From Anaerocolumna sp. (lineage in GTDB: Bacteria > Bacillota > Clostridia > Lachnospirales > Lachnospiraceae): a stretch of DNA of 64,000 bases. Positions 39,814 through 49,983 of the stretch are shown here, in pieces. The stretch is from the NCBI GenBank assembly GCA_049692775.1, contig JBAVPE010000113.1, forward strand, positions 1,692-65,691, written 5' to 3'. A program made the translations under genes and the position numbers. Numbering within the stretch: position 1 is the first letter of the stretch; each line of letters begins with the position of its first letter. The notes beneath the pieces were generated by a model that had not been told where the DNA came from, searched no databases, and saw only the letters and a program-made list of their open reading frames with translations.

Positions 39814-41328
39814 ATGAACATGTCTGATTATGTTCTTGAACTAAAAGGAATAACCAAAATATTTCCGGGTATTAAGGCTTTAGATCATGTACACTTTCAA
39901 CTAAAGAAAGGTGAGATTCATGCTTTGATGGGTGAAAACGGAGCCGGTAAATCAACCTTTATTAAAGTTATTACAGGGGTGCATAAAGCAGAAGAAGGCA
40001 GTATGTTCCTGGATGGGAAGGAAGTAAGTTTTAAAAATCCGAAAGAAGCACAGGCAGCAGGAATAGCGGCGATTTATCAGCATGTAACGGCATATCCCCA
40101 TCTTACGGTTACTGAAAATATATTTATGGGGCATGAAAAGGTTCAAAAAGGAACGGGCAGAATACTTTGGAGCCAGATGCATACCGAAGCAAATGAATTG
40201 TTAAGGGAATTAAGTGCAGACTTTGATGCAACAACTGAAATGGGAACCTTAAGTGTTGCGCAGCAGCAGATGGTTGAGATTGCAAAAGCACTCTCCATGA
40301 AGGCCGGAATAATCATAATGGATGAACCAACTGCAGCATTAACAAAAAGAGAAAGTGAAGAATTATATAAAATAGCAGGGAAATTAAGGGATGACGGAGC
40401 TTCCATTATATTCATATCACATCGTTTTGAAGACATGTACCGCCTTGCAACCAAGGTAACCGTATTCAGGGATTCTAAATATATCGGAAGTTACGATGTC
40501 AACGGTATTACCAATGAGGACTTAATCGTAGCCATGGTAGGCCGTGAAATAACCCAGCTTTTTCCTAAACCGGAAATTAAAATCGGCAAGGAGGTTTTAA
40601 AAGTAGAAAATATCGGTCGTACCGGTTATTTTAAAGAGGTAAGCTTTCATGTCAGGAAAGGTGAAATCTTAGGTCTTACCGGACTTGTAGGGGCTGGACG
40701 TACAGAAGTATGTGAAACCATATTTGGTATTGAGCCAAAAGAAGAAGGAAAAATTTATTTTAACGGCAAGGAAGTAGATATTAAAGGCCCTTTAGAAGCC
40801 ATGAAGTTAGGAATTGGTTACTTGCCGGAAGACCGGCAAAGGCAAGGTCTGATCTTAGATTGGGGAATCGGTCAAAATATCACTTTACCTATCATAGATA
40901 AAATGACGGCAAAAGGTCTGCTTAACCAGAAAAAAGAAAGAGAATTAGGAAAAATGCTTGCTGAAAAGGTTGATACGAAAGCAGTAACAATTTTTGATAA
41001 AGCAAGTTCCTTGTCCGGCGGGAATCAGCAAAAAGTTGTAGTTGCTAAATTATTAGCTTCCGATTTAAAACTTCTTATACTGGATGAACCAACAAAAGGT
41101 GTCGACGTTGGTGCAAAAGCTGCCATTTATGAGATTATGGGTGAACTGGCCAAACAAGGTTATGCAATTATTATGGTATCCTCTGAAATGCCGGAAATTT
41201 TAGGCATGTGTGACAGAATTGTTGTTATGTGCGATGGAAGGGTAACCGGAGAATTATTACGCGGGGAAGCTACACAGGAAGCAATACTGGAAAAGGGCAT
41301 GGCTAAAACTGTTCATAGTAAAGGGTAA
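39814..41328 (+). CDS. sugar (rhamnose-type) ABC transporter ATP-binding protein with duplicated ATPase
   Basis: 504 aa. Two Walker A sites (GENGAGKST, GLVGAGRTE) and two signature motifs. Located in the rhamnose cluster. Confidence 0.85.
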   Translation: MNMSDYVLELKGITKIFPGIKALDHVHFQLKKGEIHALMGENGAGKSTFIKVITGVHKAEEGSMFLDGKEVSFKNPKEAQAAGIAAIYQHVTAYPHLTVTENIFMGHEKVQKGTGRILWSQMHTEANELLRELSADFDATTEMGTLSVAQQQMVEIAKALSMKAGIIIMDEPTAALTKRESEELYKIAGKLRDDGASIIFISHRFEDMYRLATKVTVFRDSKYIGSYDVNGITNEDLIVAMVGREITQLFPKPEIKIGKEVLKVENIGRTGYFKEVSFHVRKGEILGLTGLVGAGRTEVCETIFGIEPKEEGKIYFNGKEVDIKGPLEAMKLGIGYLPEDRQRQGLILDWGIGQNITLPIIDKMTAKGLLNQKKERELGKMLAEKVDTKAVTIFDKASSLSGGNQQKVVVAKLLASDLKLLILDEPTKGVDVGAKAAIYEIMGELAKQGYAIIMVSSEMPEILGMCDRIVVMCDGRVTGELLRGEATQEAILEKGMAKTVHSKG

Positions 41329-41342
41329 GGGGGGGATTAGGA

Positions 41343-42338
41343 ATGGAGAAAAATAAGTTTAACATTAAAAAAATAACAGGTACAAGGGAAATGAGTTTAG
41401 TGGTTATACTGATTGTCCTTTGTATATTCATACAGGCAAGGAACAGCACCTTTATGTCAATGACAAATATTAATGACCTGGTGACGAACGCAGTTATGAT
41501 GAGTATATTAGCCGTTGGTATGATGTGCGTATTATTAATCGGCGGTATTGATATTTCCATCGGATCCACCATAGCATTTTCCGGAATGTCGGTAGCCTTA
41601 CTATTAAGGGCACATCCTGAAATTCCAACCATTATATCCTTTATCCTTGGAATTCTGGCAGGAACCTTATGCGGCTTATTGGCAGGACTTATTATTTCAA
41701 AGGGGAAAGTTATCCCTATTATTGCAACCTTAGGTTTAATGAATGTTTACCGCGGTGCTACTTATCTGATTGCTAATAACCAATGGGTTGCGGCATATCA
41801 GTTACCGGAAGATTTAAAGGCGTTTGCAACCGGTAAATTTTTAGGAATCAACAATATGATCGTGGTTGCAATCCTTATCTATCTTGTTTTTGCATATTTT
41901 ATTAAATTTACAAGAACCGGAAGAAAAATTTATGCAGTAGGAAGTAATGTAGATGCAGCAGGAATCAGCGGTATTAATATTGACGGAATTAAAATTTTAG
42001 TATATTCCATTATGGGTGGCTTAGCAGGTTTAGTCAGCGTACTTTGGTTATCCAAATATGCTTCTGCCCAAGGTGATGCGGCGACAGGCCTGGAAATTGA
42101 TATTATTGCAGCCTGTGTTATCGGCGGTGTCAGCTTAAACGGCGGTAAAGGAACCGTATTAGGGGTAATACTCGGAACTATCACTTTGGGCATATTAAAT
42201 AATGCATTACCTTTAATCAATATTTCACCTTTTTGGCAGGATGCAATCAAAGGATTGGTTATTATATTAGCGATTATCATTAATACAACATCCCAAAGAT
42301 CCATTGACAGGAAAAATCTAAAAAGGAGGGAACTTTAA
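41343..42338 (+). CDS. sugar ABC transporter permease (RbsC/RhaP-like)
   Basis: 331 aa, multi-TM, BPD_transp_2 pattern. Confidence 0.85.
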   Translation: MEKNKFNIKKITGTREMSLVVILIVLCIFIQARNSTFMSMTNINDLVTNAVMMSILAVGMMCVLLIGGIDISIGSTIAFSGMSVALLLRAHPEIPTIISFILGILAGTLCGLLAGLIISKGKVIPIIATLGLMNVYRGATYLIANNQWVAAYQLPEDLKAFATGKFLGINNMIVVAILIYLVFAYFIKFTRTGRKIYAVGSNVDAAGISGINIDGIKILVYSIMGGLAGLVSVLWLSKYASAQGDAATGLEIDIIAACVIGGVSLNGGKGTVLGVILGTITLGILNNALPLINISPFWQDAIKGLVIILAIIINTTSQRSIDRKNLKRREL

Positions 42339-42340
42339 TT

Positions 42341-43351
42341 ATGGGTAAGACAAAAAGAGTAATTAGTGCAGAACAGAAGTTTTCCCTAAAAAATTTTTTT
42401 CTACAATGGGAATGGTTTTTAGTATTGATATTTATTGGAATTAACATAATGAATTCCGATTTATCACCGTATTATATGAATGCGGACGGGCTGTTAAATG
42501 CTACATCATCATTCTTAGAAAAAGCTTTCCTGGCTTTACCGATGGTTTTTATATTAATCCTTGGGGAAATTGATATATCAGTAGGTTCAACGGTAGCATT
42601 ATCCTCCGTAGTAATGGCAGTTTCTTATAACAATCTGGGTGTTCCCATGGGAGTTGCAATCTTAATTTGTTTATTAACCGGAACACTTTGCGGTTTTATC
42701 AATGGCTTTATCTTAACAAAATATAAAGAACTTGCACCTATGATCGTAACTTTAGGTACGCAGATTTTGTATCGCGGTATTGCCACAATGATACTGAAAG
42801 ATCAGGCGTCCGGAAGTTTCCCTACCTGGTTTAGTGATCTATATTGGGGATCTTTAGGCAGCATACCTTATATGTTAATTACATTTATCATTTTAGCGGT
42901 CATATTTGGGGTCGTTTTGCACAAAACAACCTTCGGGAGAAGAGTATATGCAATCGGCAGTAACCGTGTAGCCAGCAGATATTCCGGTATTCAGGTTGAC
43001 AAGATCAGATTAATTATCTATACCGTAACCGGTACAATGGCTGCAGTTACTGCAATCTTCTTAACTTCCAGAATGGGAAGTACAAGACCGAATATCGCTA
43101 TGGCATATGAAATGGATGCAATCGCAATGGTAGTGCTTGGAGGTATCTCCACCAGCGGCGGTAAAGGAAGATTTATGGGAGCGGTCATATCTATATTTAT
43201 TATTGGTTTCTTAAGATATGGCTTAGGTTTAATCAATGTAAGCTCACAGGTTATGTTAATCATTATAGGCTGCCTTCTTATTGGAGCAGTAATGATTCCA
43301 AAATTAAATCTTGGAAGACTATTTAAAAAGAAAGCAGTAAAAGAAGCATAA
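42341..43351 (+). CDS. sugar ABC transporter permease (RbsC/RhaQ-like)
   Basis: 336 aa, multi-TM, paralog of the preceding permease. Confidence 0.85.
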   Translation: MGKTKRVISAEQKFSLKNFFLQWEWFLVLIFIGINIMNSDLSPYYMNADGLLNATSSFLEKAFLALPMVFILILGEIDISVGSTVALSSVVMAVSYNNLGVPMGVAILICLLTGTLCGFINGFILTKYKELAPMIVTLGTQILYRGIATMILKDQASGSFPTWFSDLYWGSLGSIPYMLITFIILAVIFGVVLHKTTFGRRVYAIGSNRVASRYSGIQVDKIRLIIYTVTGTMAAVTAIFLTSRMGSTRPNIAMAYEMDAIAMVVLGGISTSGGKGRFMGAVISIFIIGFLRYGLGLINVSSQVMLIIIGCLLIGAVMIPKLNLGRLFKKKAVKEA

Positions 43352-43482
43352 TAAAAAAGTTTTATTCCCTTTCATTTAAAAAATGGGTAGTAAGTATATG
43401 GCAGTTAAGATAAATACACAAAATAACAACGTTACAGATGGCGAAAGCTATTCATGTATAAAAATATATTAGGAGGTTTACT

Positions 43483-44565
43483 ATGAAAAAAATCAAAAAA
43501 GTTATATCACTGGTACTTTTACTTTCCCTGACAGTAAGCTTATTGGCAGCATGCGGAAAAAAAGCACCTGAGACACAGACACAGGAAGGTAACACCGATA
43601 CTAATACAGCTGCAGGCACCGATTCCGTGGCAGGCAGGAATTTTGCGATCTTAGTTAAAAGTGCCGGAAATCCTTATAATGAAAAAGAAAGTGCTGGTTT
43701 TAAAGATGTAATTGAAGCTGCAGGGGCTACTGCTATCATCAAAGCACCGGAATCTGCAACAGCAGAAGCACAGATTACCATGATTAATGAATTAATTGCT
43801 CAAAAGGTAGACGCTATTGCAATCGCCGGTAATGATTTTGATGCTCTTTTGCCGGCGCTTAAGAAAGCTATGGAGGAAGGAATTAAAGTATTATCCCTTG
43901 ATGCATCCGTTAATAAAGACAGCCGTATGGTTCATATTAATCAGGCAGATGGTGAGAAAATTGGCCGTACATTAATCCAGGCAACAAAGGAAATGGTAAA
44001 TGGAGAAGGACAAATTGCCATTCTTAGTGCTACAAGCCAGGCAGCAAACCAGAACACCTGGATTGAATGGATGAAAAAGGAATTAGAAGAAGGAGATTAT
44101 AAAGGTATTGAATTAGTTAAAATTGCTTATGGTGATGACGAATTCCAAAAATCCGTTGATGAAACAGAAGCCTTACTTAAAAACTATCCGGACTTAAAAG
44201 CAATTATCGCGCCTACAACGGTTGGTATCATGGCTGCAGCTAAAGTTATTACAGATAAAGGCTTAATCGGCAAAGTTGCAGTAACTGGTCTTGGACTTCC
44301 AAGTGAAATGGCAGAGTATATTTCTAACGGCTCCTGTCCATGGATGTATTTATGGAATCCAATTGATGTAGGCGGTTTAGCGGCTTATGCATCTATGGCA
44401 CTTGTTAAAGGAGATATTACCGGTGCGGCAGGCGATAAATTTGATGCCGGTTCCCTTGGTTCTTATGAAGTTATTGCCGCAGCAGATGGTGGTACAGAAG
44501 TTCTCTTAGGAGCACCATTTAAATTTGATCCGGACAACATTGAGGAATGGAAATCAGTATACTAA
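43483..44565 (+). CDS. sugar (probably rhamnose) ABC transporter substrate-binding lipoprotein
   Basis: Lipobox LLAACG and a PBP1 (RbsB/LsrB/RhaS-like) fold. AGGAGG RBS. Confidence 0.8.
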   Translation: MKKIKKVISLVLLLSLTVSLLAACGKKAPETQTQEGNTDTNTAAGTDSVAGRNFAILVKSAGNPYNEKESAGFKDVIEAAGATAIIKAPESATAEAQITMINELIAQKVDAIAIAGNDFDALLPALKKAMEEGIKVLSLDASVNKDSRMVHINQADGEKIGRTLIQATKEMVNGEGQIAILSATSQAANQNTWIEWMKKELEEGDYKGIELVKIAYGDDEFQKSVDETEALLKNYPDLKAIIAPTTVGIMAAAKVITDKGLIGKVAVTGLGLPSEMAEYISNGSCPWMYLWNPIDVGGLAAYASMALVKGDITGAAGDKFDAGSLGSYEVIAAADGGTEVLLGAPFKFDPDNIEEWKSVY

Positions 44566-44852
44566 AATGAAAATAGGGGTTGATGCAAAATTAAGGCTTA
44601 TTTAACTTGTGTATGGGACATAAAAGTGTCAATGCAGGTAATATAGTTTTGTATTTTGCAACAGCCCCCTTTCTTTAGCATAAGACGTCTAATGATTAAA
44701 AGCCCCCCCTTGGGCGGCTTCTTATGCTAAGGAAAATAAGAAAATGATTAGAGTACGCAACGAGACCCTCAGACGTGATAAAGACAAGTATTTCCTATAA
44801 TTAATAAACAAAACTAAAAACAATAAAACCAACAAAAAACATTAAAAACCAG

Positions 44853-44881
44853 TTGACTTGGACAAGTGAAAGTGATACAAT
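44853..44881 (+). promoter_or_regulatory. SigA-type promoter of the microcompartment operon
   Basis: TTGACT (44853-44858), 17-nt spacer, TACAAT (44876-44881), followed by a CA-rich leader and an AAAGGAG RBS. Confidence 0.55.
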
Positions 44882-44936
44882 ACAGTCAAACAAACAAAAA
44901 ACAAACAAAAACCACATTGTTAAAGGAGATAATTAA

Positions 44937-45734
44937 ATGACATCTGAATACGAAATCAAGAAGGAAATATGCGAAATAGGAAGAAGAATTTATAACAAAG
45001 GTATGGTAGCGGCAAATGATGGCAATATATCCGTAAAATTAAATGACAATGAATTTTTATGTACACCTACCGGTGTAAGTAAAGGTTTTATGACTCCGGA
45101 CTATATATGTAAAGTTGATAAAACAGGTAAAGTAATTCAGGCAAACGGTAACTTTAAGCCATCCTCAGAAATCAAAATGCATATGCGTGTATACAAAGAA
45201 AGACCGGATGTTGTTTCCGTAGTTCATGCTCATCCTATGTATGCAACCGGATTTGCAATTGCAGGTATTCCTTTAACTCAGCCTATTATGCCGGAAGCAG
45301 TTATAACACTTGGATGCGTTCCTATTGCAGAATATGGTACCCCTTCTACAGAAGAAATTCCGGATGCAGTATCAAAATATCTTCCATACTATGATGCGGT
45401 ATTATTAGAAAACCATGGAGCACTTACTTATTCAGACTCACTTTTATCTGCTTACCATAAGATGGAATCTGTTGAGTTTTATGCCCAGTTATTATTCATT
45501 GCAAAACAACTCGGCGGACCACAGGAATTATCTGAAACCCAGGTACAAAGATTATACGAAATCCGCAGACAGTTTGGTATGACAGGAAAACATCCGGCTG
45601 ATCTTTGCCCTAACAACAAAGATGGTAAAACGAGCTGCCATAACTGTACCGGGCATTCAGCTGAAAGCACTGATTCGAGTGAATTAGTATCTGAAATCAC
45701 AAAAAGAGTAATTGAACAATTAGGCTTAAAATAA
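44937..45734 (+). CDS. class II aldolase (L-rhamnulose/L-fuculose-1-phosphate aldolase) with C-terminal extension
   Basis: Class II aldolase/adducin fold with the metal-binding His pair in VVHAHPMYATG. A ~50-aa C-terminal tail ends in the amphipathic SELVSEITKRVIEQLGLK. Confidence 0.85.
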   Translation: MTSEYEIKKEICEIGRRIYNKGMVAANDGNISVKLNDNEFLCTPTGVSKGFMTPDYICKVDKTGKVIQANGNFKPSSEIKMHMRVYKERPDVVSVVHAHPMYATGFAIAGIPLTQPIMPEAVITLGCVPIAEYGTPSTEEIPDAVSKYLPYYDAVLLENHGALTYSDSLLSAYHKMESVEFYAQLLFIAKQLGGPQELSETQVQRLYEIRRQFGMTGKHPADLCPNNKDGKTSCHNCTGHSAESTDSSELVSEITKRVIEQLGLK

Positions 45735-45837
45735 TTCTATCCGATAATTTGGATTGGACGAATGTGATAAATAATTGTTTTGGCACCAAAAAACTTGCGA
45801 CAGAATTGTTGCAAATAATCATTCTCAGGAAAGAGGA

Positions 45838-46491
45838 ATGATAATGCCCGATAGAAAAACAGATAAAAACAACCTTTCGGAAATATATCAGGATTTAGAT
45901 GGATTAGCGGGATTTATAGACGGTATCTTGGAGAAATCAGGAAGTACAGATTTAAATAATAATCTCAGACTAATGAAACATAAATTACTTAAGACCAAGA
46001 CCCGGGTGATCGAATCGGTAGTAAGAGATGTAATGAAGGTATATCTGCCGCCTGGACAAGAAGAGATAAAACCGGACATTAATTTAGATCAGGCTGTTGC
46101 TTTGATTAAGGTAATAGAGGAGAAAGCAGCCGATATGGGAATGGCGGTTGTAATTGCAGTCTATAACAGTGCGGCCCGTCCGGTTGCCATTCATTGTATG
46201 GATAATTCCTATATTGCGAGCTTTGATGTAGCAGAAAATAAAGCTTATACCTCAGCGGCTTTAAAGATGTCCACTGCCGTGCTAAAAAACCTTAGTCAGC
46301 CAGGACAGGAACTATACGGAATACAGCATACGAATCAGGGTAAGATCGTAATCATTGGCGGAGGTGAACCGCTCATTTATCAGGGGGAAATAATCGGAGC
46401 CTTGGGAGTTAGCGGTGGAACGGAAGAACAGGACAGGGATCTGGCGGTCTTTGGCAGAAATAAATTAGAGGAGGTTATGACGTGGCAGTAA
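45838..46491 (+). CDS. GlcG/PduO-C-like (DUF336) haem-binding-type protein with N-terminal extension
   Basis: GAAAGAGG RBS precedes the ATG at 45838. The DUF336 core is AVALIKVIEEKAADMGMAVVIAVYNSAARPVA...GGEP...GALGVSGG. About 80 aa of N-terminal helices precede it. Confidence 0.7.
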   Translation: MIMPDRKTDKNNLSEIYQDLDGLAGFIDGILEKSGSTDLNNNLRLMKHKLLKTKTRVIESVVRDVMKVYLPPGQEEIKPDINLDQAVALIKVIEEKAADMGMAVVIAVYNSAARPVAIHCMDNSYIASFDVAENKAYTSAALKMSTAVLKNLSQPGQELYGIQHTNQGKIVIIGGGEPLIYQGEIIGALGVSGGTEEQDRDLAVFGRNKLEEVMTWQ

Positions 46492-47873
46492 ATGAGACAC
46501 AAGTTCAGGATATCGTTAAAAAAGTATTACTACAGCTTCAGCCTGAATCAGGTAAAAGCGAAAAGAAGTTATCCGGTGTTTTTGAAGATATGAATGAAGC
46601 AATTAAAGCTTCTAAAAAAGCGCAGGCAATAATGCAGAAATTATCTATGGACTGCCGTGAAAAGATAATAAGTAATATTCGTAAGAAAACCATAGAAAAT
46701 GCCCAACTTATGGCAAAAATGGGTGTGGAAGAAACCGGTATGGGCAATGTAGGACACAAAACATTAAAACACCAATTGCTGGCTGAAAAAACACCTGGTA
46801 CAGAAGATATTACAACAATAGCCTGGTCAGGCGACCGGGGACTTACTTTAATCGAAATGGGACCCTTTGGTGTAATCGGAGCAATTACTCCGTGTACGAA
46901 TCCCAGTGAAACAATTCTCTGCAATAGCATCGGTATGATTGCAGGCGGCAACACAGTAGTATTTAATCCTCATCCTGCATCGATCAAGGTTTCAAACTTT
47001 GCTGTTAATCTGGTGAATGAAGCTTCCACCCAAGTAGGGGGACCGGATAATATTGTAGTATCCGTTACAAAACCTACCATGGGAACAAGTGAAATTATGA
47101 TGAAGCATAAAGACATTCCGTTAATTGTTGCAACAGGAGGCCCGGGAGTTGTAACAACTGTGCTTTCCTCCGGAAAAAGGGGTATCGGTGCCGGAGCAGG
47201 TAATCCACCCGTACTTGTAGATGAAACAGCAGATATTAAGAAAGCGGCAGCAGATATTGTAAATGGGTGTACTTTTGATAATAACCTTCCCTGTATTGCT
47301 GAAAAAGAAATCGTTGCAGTGAGTCAGATCGTAGATGAATTAAAATATAACCTGTTGGAAAACGATTGTTATGAAATATCCAAAGAAGAACAGGATAAGT
47401 TAACCGCTGTTGTATTAAAAGATAACAAATTAAATAGAAAATGCGTTGGAAAAGATGCACTTACTTTACTTTCCATGATTGGTATCAACGCACCGGATAA
47501 TATCAGATGCATCATTTTTGAAGGTGAAAAAGAACATCCCCTTATTGCAGAAGAATTGATGATGCCGATCCTTGGTATCGTAAGGGCAAAAGATATTGAT
47601 GATGCAATCGAAAAGGCAGTATGGTTAGAACATGGCAACCGCCATTCCGCACATATGCATTCTAAGAACGTTGATAATTTAACCCGTTTTGGGAAGGCAA
47701 TCGATACAGCAATTTTTGTTAAGAATGCACCTTCCTATGCTGCCCTGGGTTTCGGCGGAGAAGGATTCTGTACCTTTACCATTGCAAGCAGAACAGGGGA
47801 GGGCCTTACATCAGCCCGTACCTTTACAAAACAAAGACGCTGCGTTATGTCGGACAGCCTTTGTATAAGATGA
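46482..47873 (+). CDS. CoA-acylating aldehyde dehydrogenase (PduP/EutE-like)
   Basis: GAGGAGG RBS precedes the GTG at 46482. 463 aa with the catalytic-Cys region FDNNLPCIAEKE. N-terminal helix QVQDIVKKVLLQL. Confidence 0.85.
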   Translation: MAVNETQVQDIVKKVLLQLQPESGKSEKKLSGVFEDMNEAIKASKKAQAIMQKLSMDCREKIISNIRKKTIENAQLMAKMGVEETGMGNVGHKTLKHQLLAEKTPGTEDITTIAWSGDRGLTLIEMGPFGVIGAITPCTNPSETILCNSIGMIAGGNTVVFNPHPASIKVSNFAVNLVNEASTQVGGPDNIVVSVTKPTMGTSEIMMKHKDIPLIVATGGPGVVTTVLSSGKRGIGAGAGNPPVLVDETADIKKAAADIVNGCTFDNNLPCIAEKEIVAVSQIVDELKYNLLENDCYEISKEEQDKLTAVVLKDNKLNRKCVGKDALTLLSMIGINAPDNIRCIIFEGEKEHPLIAEELMMPILGIVRAKDIDDAIEKAVWLEHGNRHSAHMHSKNVDNLTRFGKAIDTAIFVKNAPSYAALGFGGEGFCTFTIASRTGEGLTSARTFTKQRRCVMSDSLCIR

Positions 47874-47897
47874 AATTTTCATCATCCTGGTTTGAAT

Positions 47898-47922
47898 GCA
47901 TACTAAAGCATGCAAACGGGAG
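47898..47922 (+). promoter_or_regulatory. hairpin-SD module copy 1 (degenerate, distal)
   Basis: GCATAC-TAAA-GCATGC followed by AAACGGGAG. One mismatch in the stem. Lies 28 nt upstream of the adh start. Confidence 0.5.
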
Positions 47923-47949
47923 TTAAGATAATCAAATGGAGGATTCGTA

Positions 47950-49155
47950 ATGGATGTAAATTCTATAAATATTGAAGATATCGTTAAACAGGTCCTGAAA
48001 GAAATGAAAAGCACACCTGCTGTTAGGTCTTCTGACAAAGCAGCCGGAGTCATTCCTAAGGCCAGTAAAGTAGCGATGCTTACTAAATTAGGGCAATTTG
48101 AAATAAAGGAGTATCCGATTCCGGAGCTTGGTGATGATGATATTCTGGTAAAGGTAGAAGGCTGCGGTGTCTGTGGTACAGACGCCCATGAATTCAAAAG
48201 AGACCCCTTTAGCTTAATTCCTGTCGTATTGGGTCATGAAGGTACCGGTGAAGTTGTCAAAACCGGCAAAAATGTGAAAACGGACAGTGCGGGGAAACCT
48301 TTGGCTATTGGTGATAAAGTAGTTTCCTGTATGATATTTAAGGACAATCCCGATATTACTATGTTTGACTTAAATAAACAAAATGTCGGCGGAGCAGATG
48401 TATACGGATTACTTCTTGATGATGAAGTTCATTTAAACGGTTGGTTTGCTGATTATATCGTAATCCGCGGCGGTTCCACTATTTTTAATGTAAGTGACCT
48501 TGATTTAGAATCCAGAATCTTAATTGAGCCTTGTGCGGTATTAATCCATGCCGTAGAACGGGCAAAAACGACAGGAATCTTAAGATTTAACAGCCGGGTA
48601 GTAGTTCAAGGCTGCGGTCCTATCGGTCTTATCTGTATCGCAGTTCTTAGGACAATGGGTATTGAGAATATCATTGCAGTAGACGGTGAGCAGAAGAGAC
48701 TTGATTTTGCAAAGCTGATGGGTGCGGAAACTTCCGTTAACTTTAAAGATTACAAAGGTATTGAAGCCCTGGCAAAAGGAGTGGAAGATGCATTTGGAGG
48801 TCATTTAGCTGATTTTGCTTTCCAGTGTACGGGTTCCCCGGCAGGACATTCTAACATCTATAAATTTATCCGTAACGGCGGGGGACTTTGTGAACTTGGT
48901 TTCTTTATCAACGGCGGAGACGCAACGATTAATCCCCACTTTGACATTTGCGCGAAAGAAATTACGACCGTTGGTTCCTGGGTATACACCTTAAGGGATT
49001 ATGCTACCACTTTTGATTTCTTAAAGAGGGCAAAAGGAATCGGACTTCCGATGGAGAAATTAATTACACACAAATATCTTTTGGATCAGATAAATGAAGG
49101 ACTTGCTACCAATCTTAAAATGGAAGGCCTGAAAATCGCCATTGTGAATGAATAA
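47950..49155 (+). CDS. zinc-dependent alcohol dehydrogenase (MDR family) with N-terminal extension
   Basis: 401 aa. GxCGTDxH zinc motif in VEGCGVCGTDAHE and NAD site GCGPIGL. N-terminal helix NIEDIVKQVLKEMK. Confidence 0.85.
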   Translation: MDVNSINIEDIVKQVLKEMKSTPAVRSSDKAAGVIPKASKVAMLTKLGQFEIKEYPIPELGDDDILVKVEGCGVCGTDAHEFKRDPFSLIPVVLGHEGTGEVVKTGKNVKTDSAGKPLAIGDKVVSCMIFKDNPDITMFDLNKQNVGGADVYGLLLDDEVHLNGWFADYIVIRGGSTIFNVSDLDLESRILIEPCAVLIHAVERAKTTGILRFNSRVVVQGCGPIGLICIAVLRTMGIENIIAVDGEQKRLDFAKLMGAETSVNFKDYKGIEALAKGVEDAFGGHLADFAFQCTGSPAGHSNIYKFIRNGGGLCELGFFINGGDATINPHFDICAKEITTVGSWVYTLRDYATTFDFLKRAKGIGLPMEKLITHKYLLDQINEGLATNLKMEGLKIAIVNE

Positions 49156-49178
49156 GAAAGAAAGGCACGGTTGTATGT

Positions 49179-49493
49179 ATGGCTAATGCTGTTGGAATGA
49201 TAGAAGTGTTTGGACTTGTAGCGGCTTTCGTCGCAGGAGATGCCGGCTGTAAAGCAGCGAATGTCACGATTGAAACCTTCGACCGGAATAAACCTGCTAA
49301 TGCAGACAGCCTTCCCGTTCCTTTAATTGTTATGGTAAAGTTTCGCGGAAGTGTAGAGGATGTGAAAGAGGCAATAGAAGCAGCGGAAGCGGTTGCCAAT
49401 AAAGTATCCGGGGTAATAACAAAACATGTAATTGCCAATCCGGAACATGATACGGAAAAATTGCTGGCATTAAACGGACTCGATAAGAATTGA
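49179..49493 (+). CDS. BMC-H shell protein, divergent, with internal insertion
   Basis: 104 aa. BMC domain AVGMIEVFGLVAAFVAGDAGCKAANV...VKFRGSVEDVKEAIEAA. Confidence 0.8.
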   Translation: MANAVGMIEVFGLVAAFVAGDAGCKAANVTIETFDRNKPANADSLPVPLIVMVKFRGSVEDVKEAIEAAEAVANKVSGVITKHVIANPEHDTEKLLALNGLDKN

Positions 49494-49596
49494 TGATATT
49501 TCACGGATATGATACAATAAATTGTTATTAATAAATAAGACAAATCTAAATGAGCAACTAAATAAAACTAATGTAATCAATCAGGAGGATATAAAA

Positions 49597-49872
49597 ATGG
49601 CACAAGAAGCTTTAGGTATGGTAGAAACCAGAGGATTAACAGCAGCAATTGAAGCAGCAGATGCAATGGTGAAAGCAGCAGAAGTTGTATTAGTAGGAAC
49701 AGAAAAAATCGGTTCAGGACTTGTAACAGTTTTAGTACGCGGTGATGTAGGCGCAGTGAAAGCAGCGACAGAAGTAGGCGCAGCAGCAGCTGCAAGACTT
49801 GGTGAATTAGTAGCAGTACATGTAATCCCAAGACCACATACAGATGTAGAAAAAATTCTTCCGAAGATTTGA
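49597..49872 (+). CDS. BMC-H shell protein (PduA/EutM-like)
   Basis: AGGAGG RBS precedes the ATG at 49597. [28 protein letters not shown]...[10 protein letters not shown]. Confidence 0.9.
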   Translation: MAQEALGMVETRGLTAAIEAADAMVKAAEVVLVGTEKIGSGLVTVLVRGDVGAVKAATEVGAAAAARLGELVAVHVIPRPHTDVEKILPKI

Positions 49873-49894
49873 TCTATACTGTAAACTCAGATAA

Positions 49895-49920
49895 GCGTGC
49901 GTGTAGCACGCAGACGGGAA
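49895..49920 (+). promoter_or_regulatory. hairpin-SD module copy 2 (distal)
   Basis: GCGTGC-GTGTA-GCACGC followed by AGACGGGAA, then a 9-codon mini-ORF starting at 49922. Confidence 0.55.
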
Positions 49921-49958
49921 CATGTGTAAAAGAAATTTTTACATTCCCTGATTTAAAA

Positions 49959-49983
49959 GCGTGCTAAGGCACGCAGAGTGGAG
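49959..49983 (+). promoter_or_regulatory. hairpin-SD module copy 3 (proximal; serves the shell gene at 49991)
   Basis: GCGTGC-TAAG-GCACGC followed by AGAGTGGAG. The ATG is 7 nt after GGAG. Confidence 0.6.

Noticed and set aside
49577-49837. 86-aa Leu-rich ORF antisense to the PduA-like shell gene, and similar ones at 49115-49543, 49939-50235 and 50377-50646.
   Set aside because: The Ala/Val/Glu-rich BMC coding sequence (GCA/GCT repeats) reads as Leu/Gln-rich on the other strand. No independent support exists.
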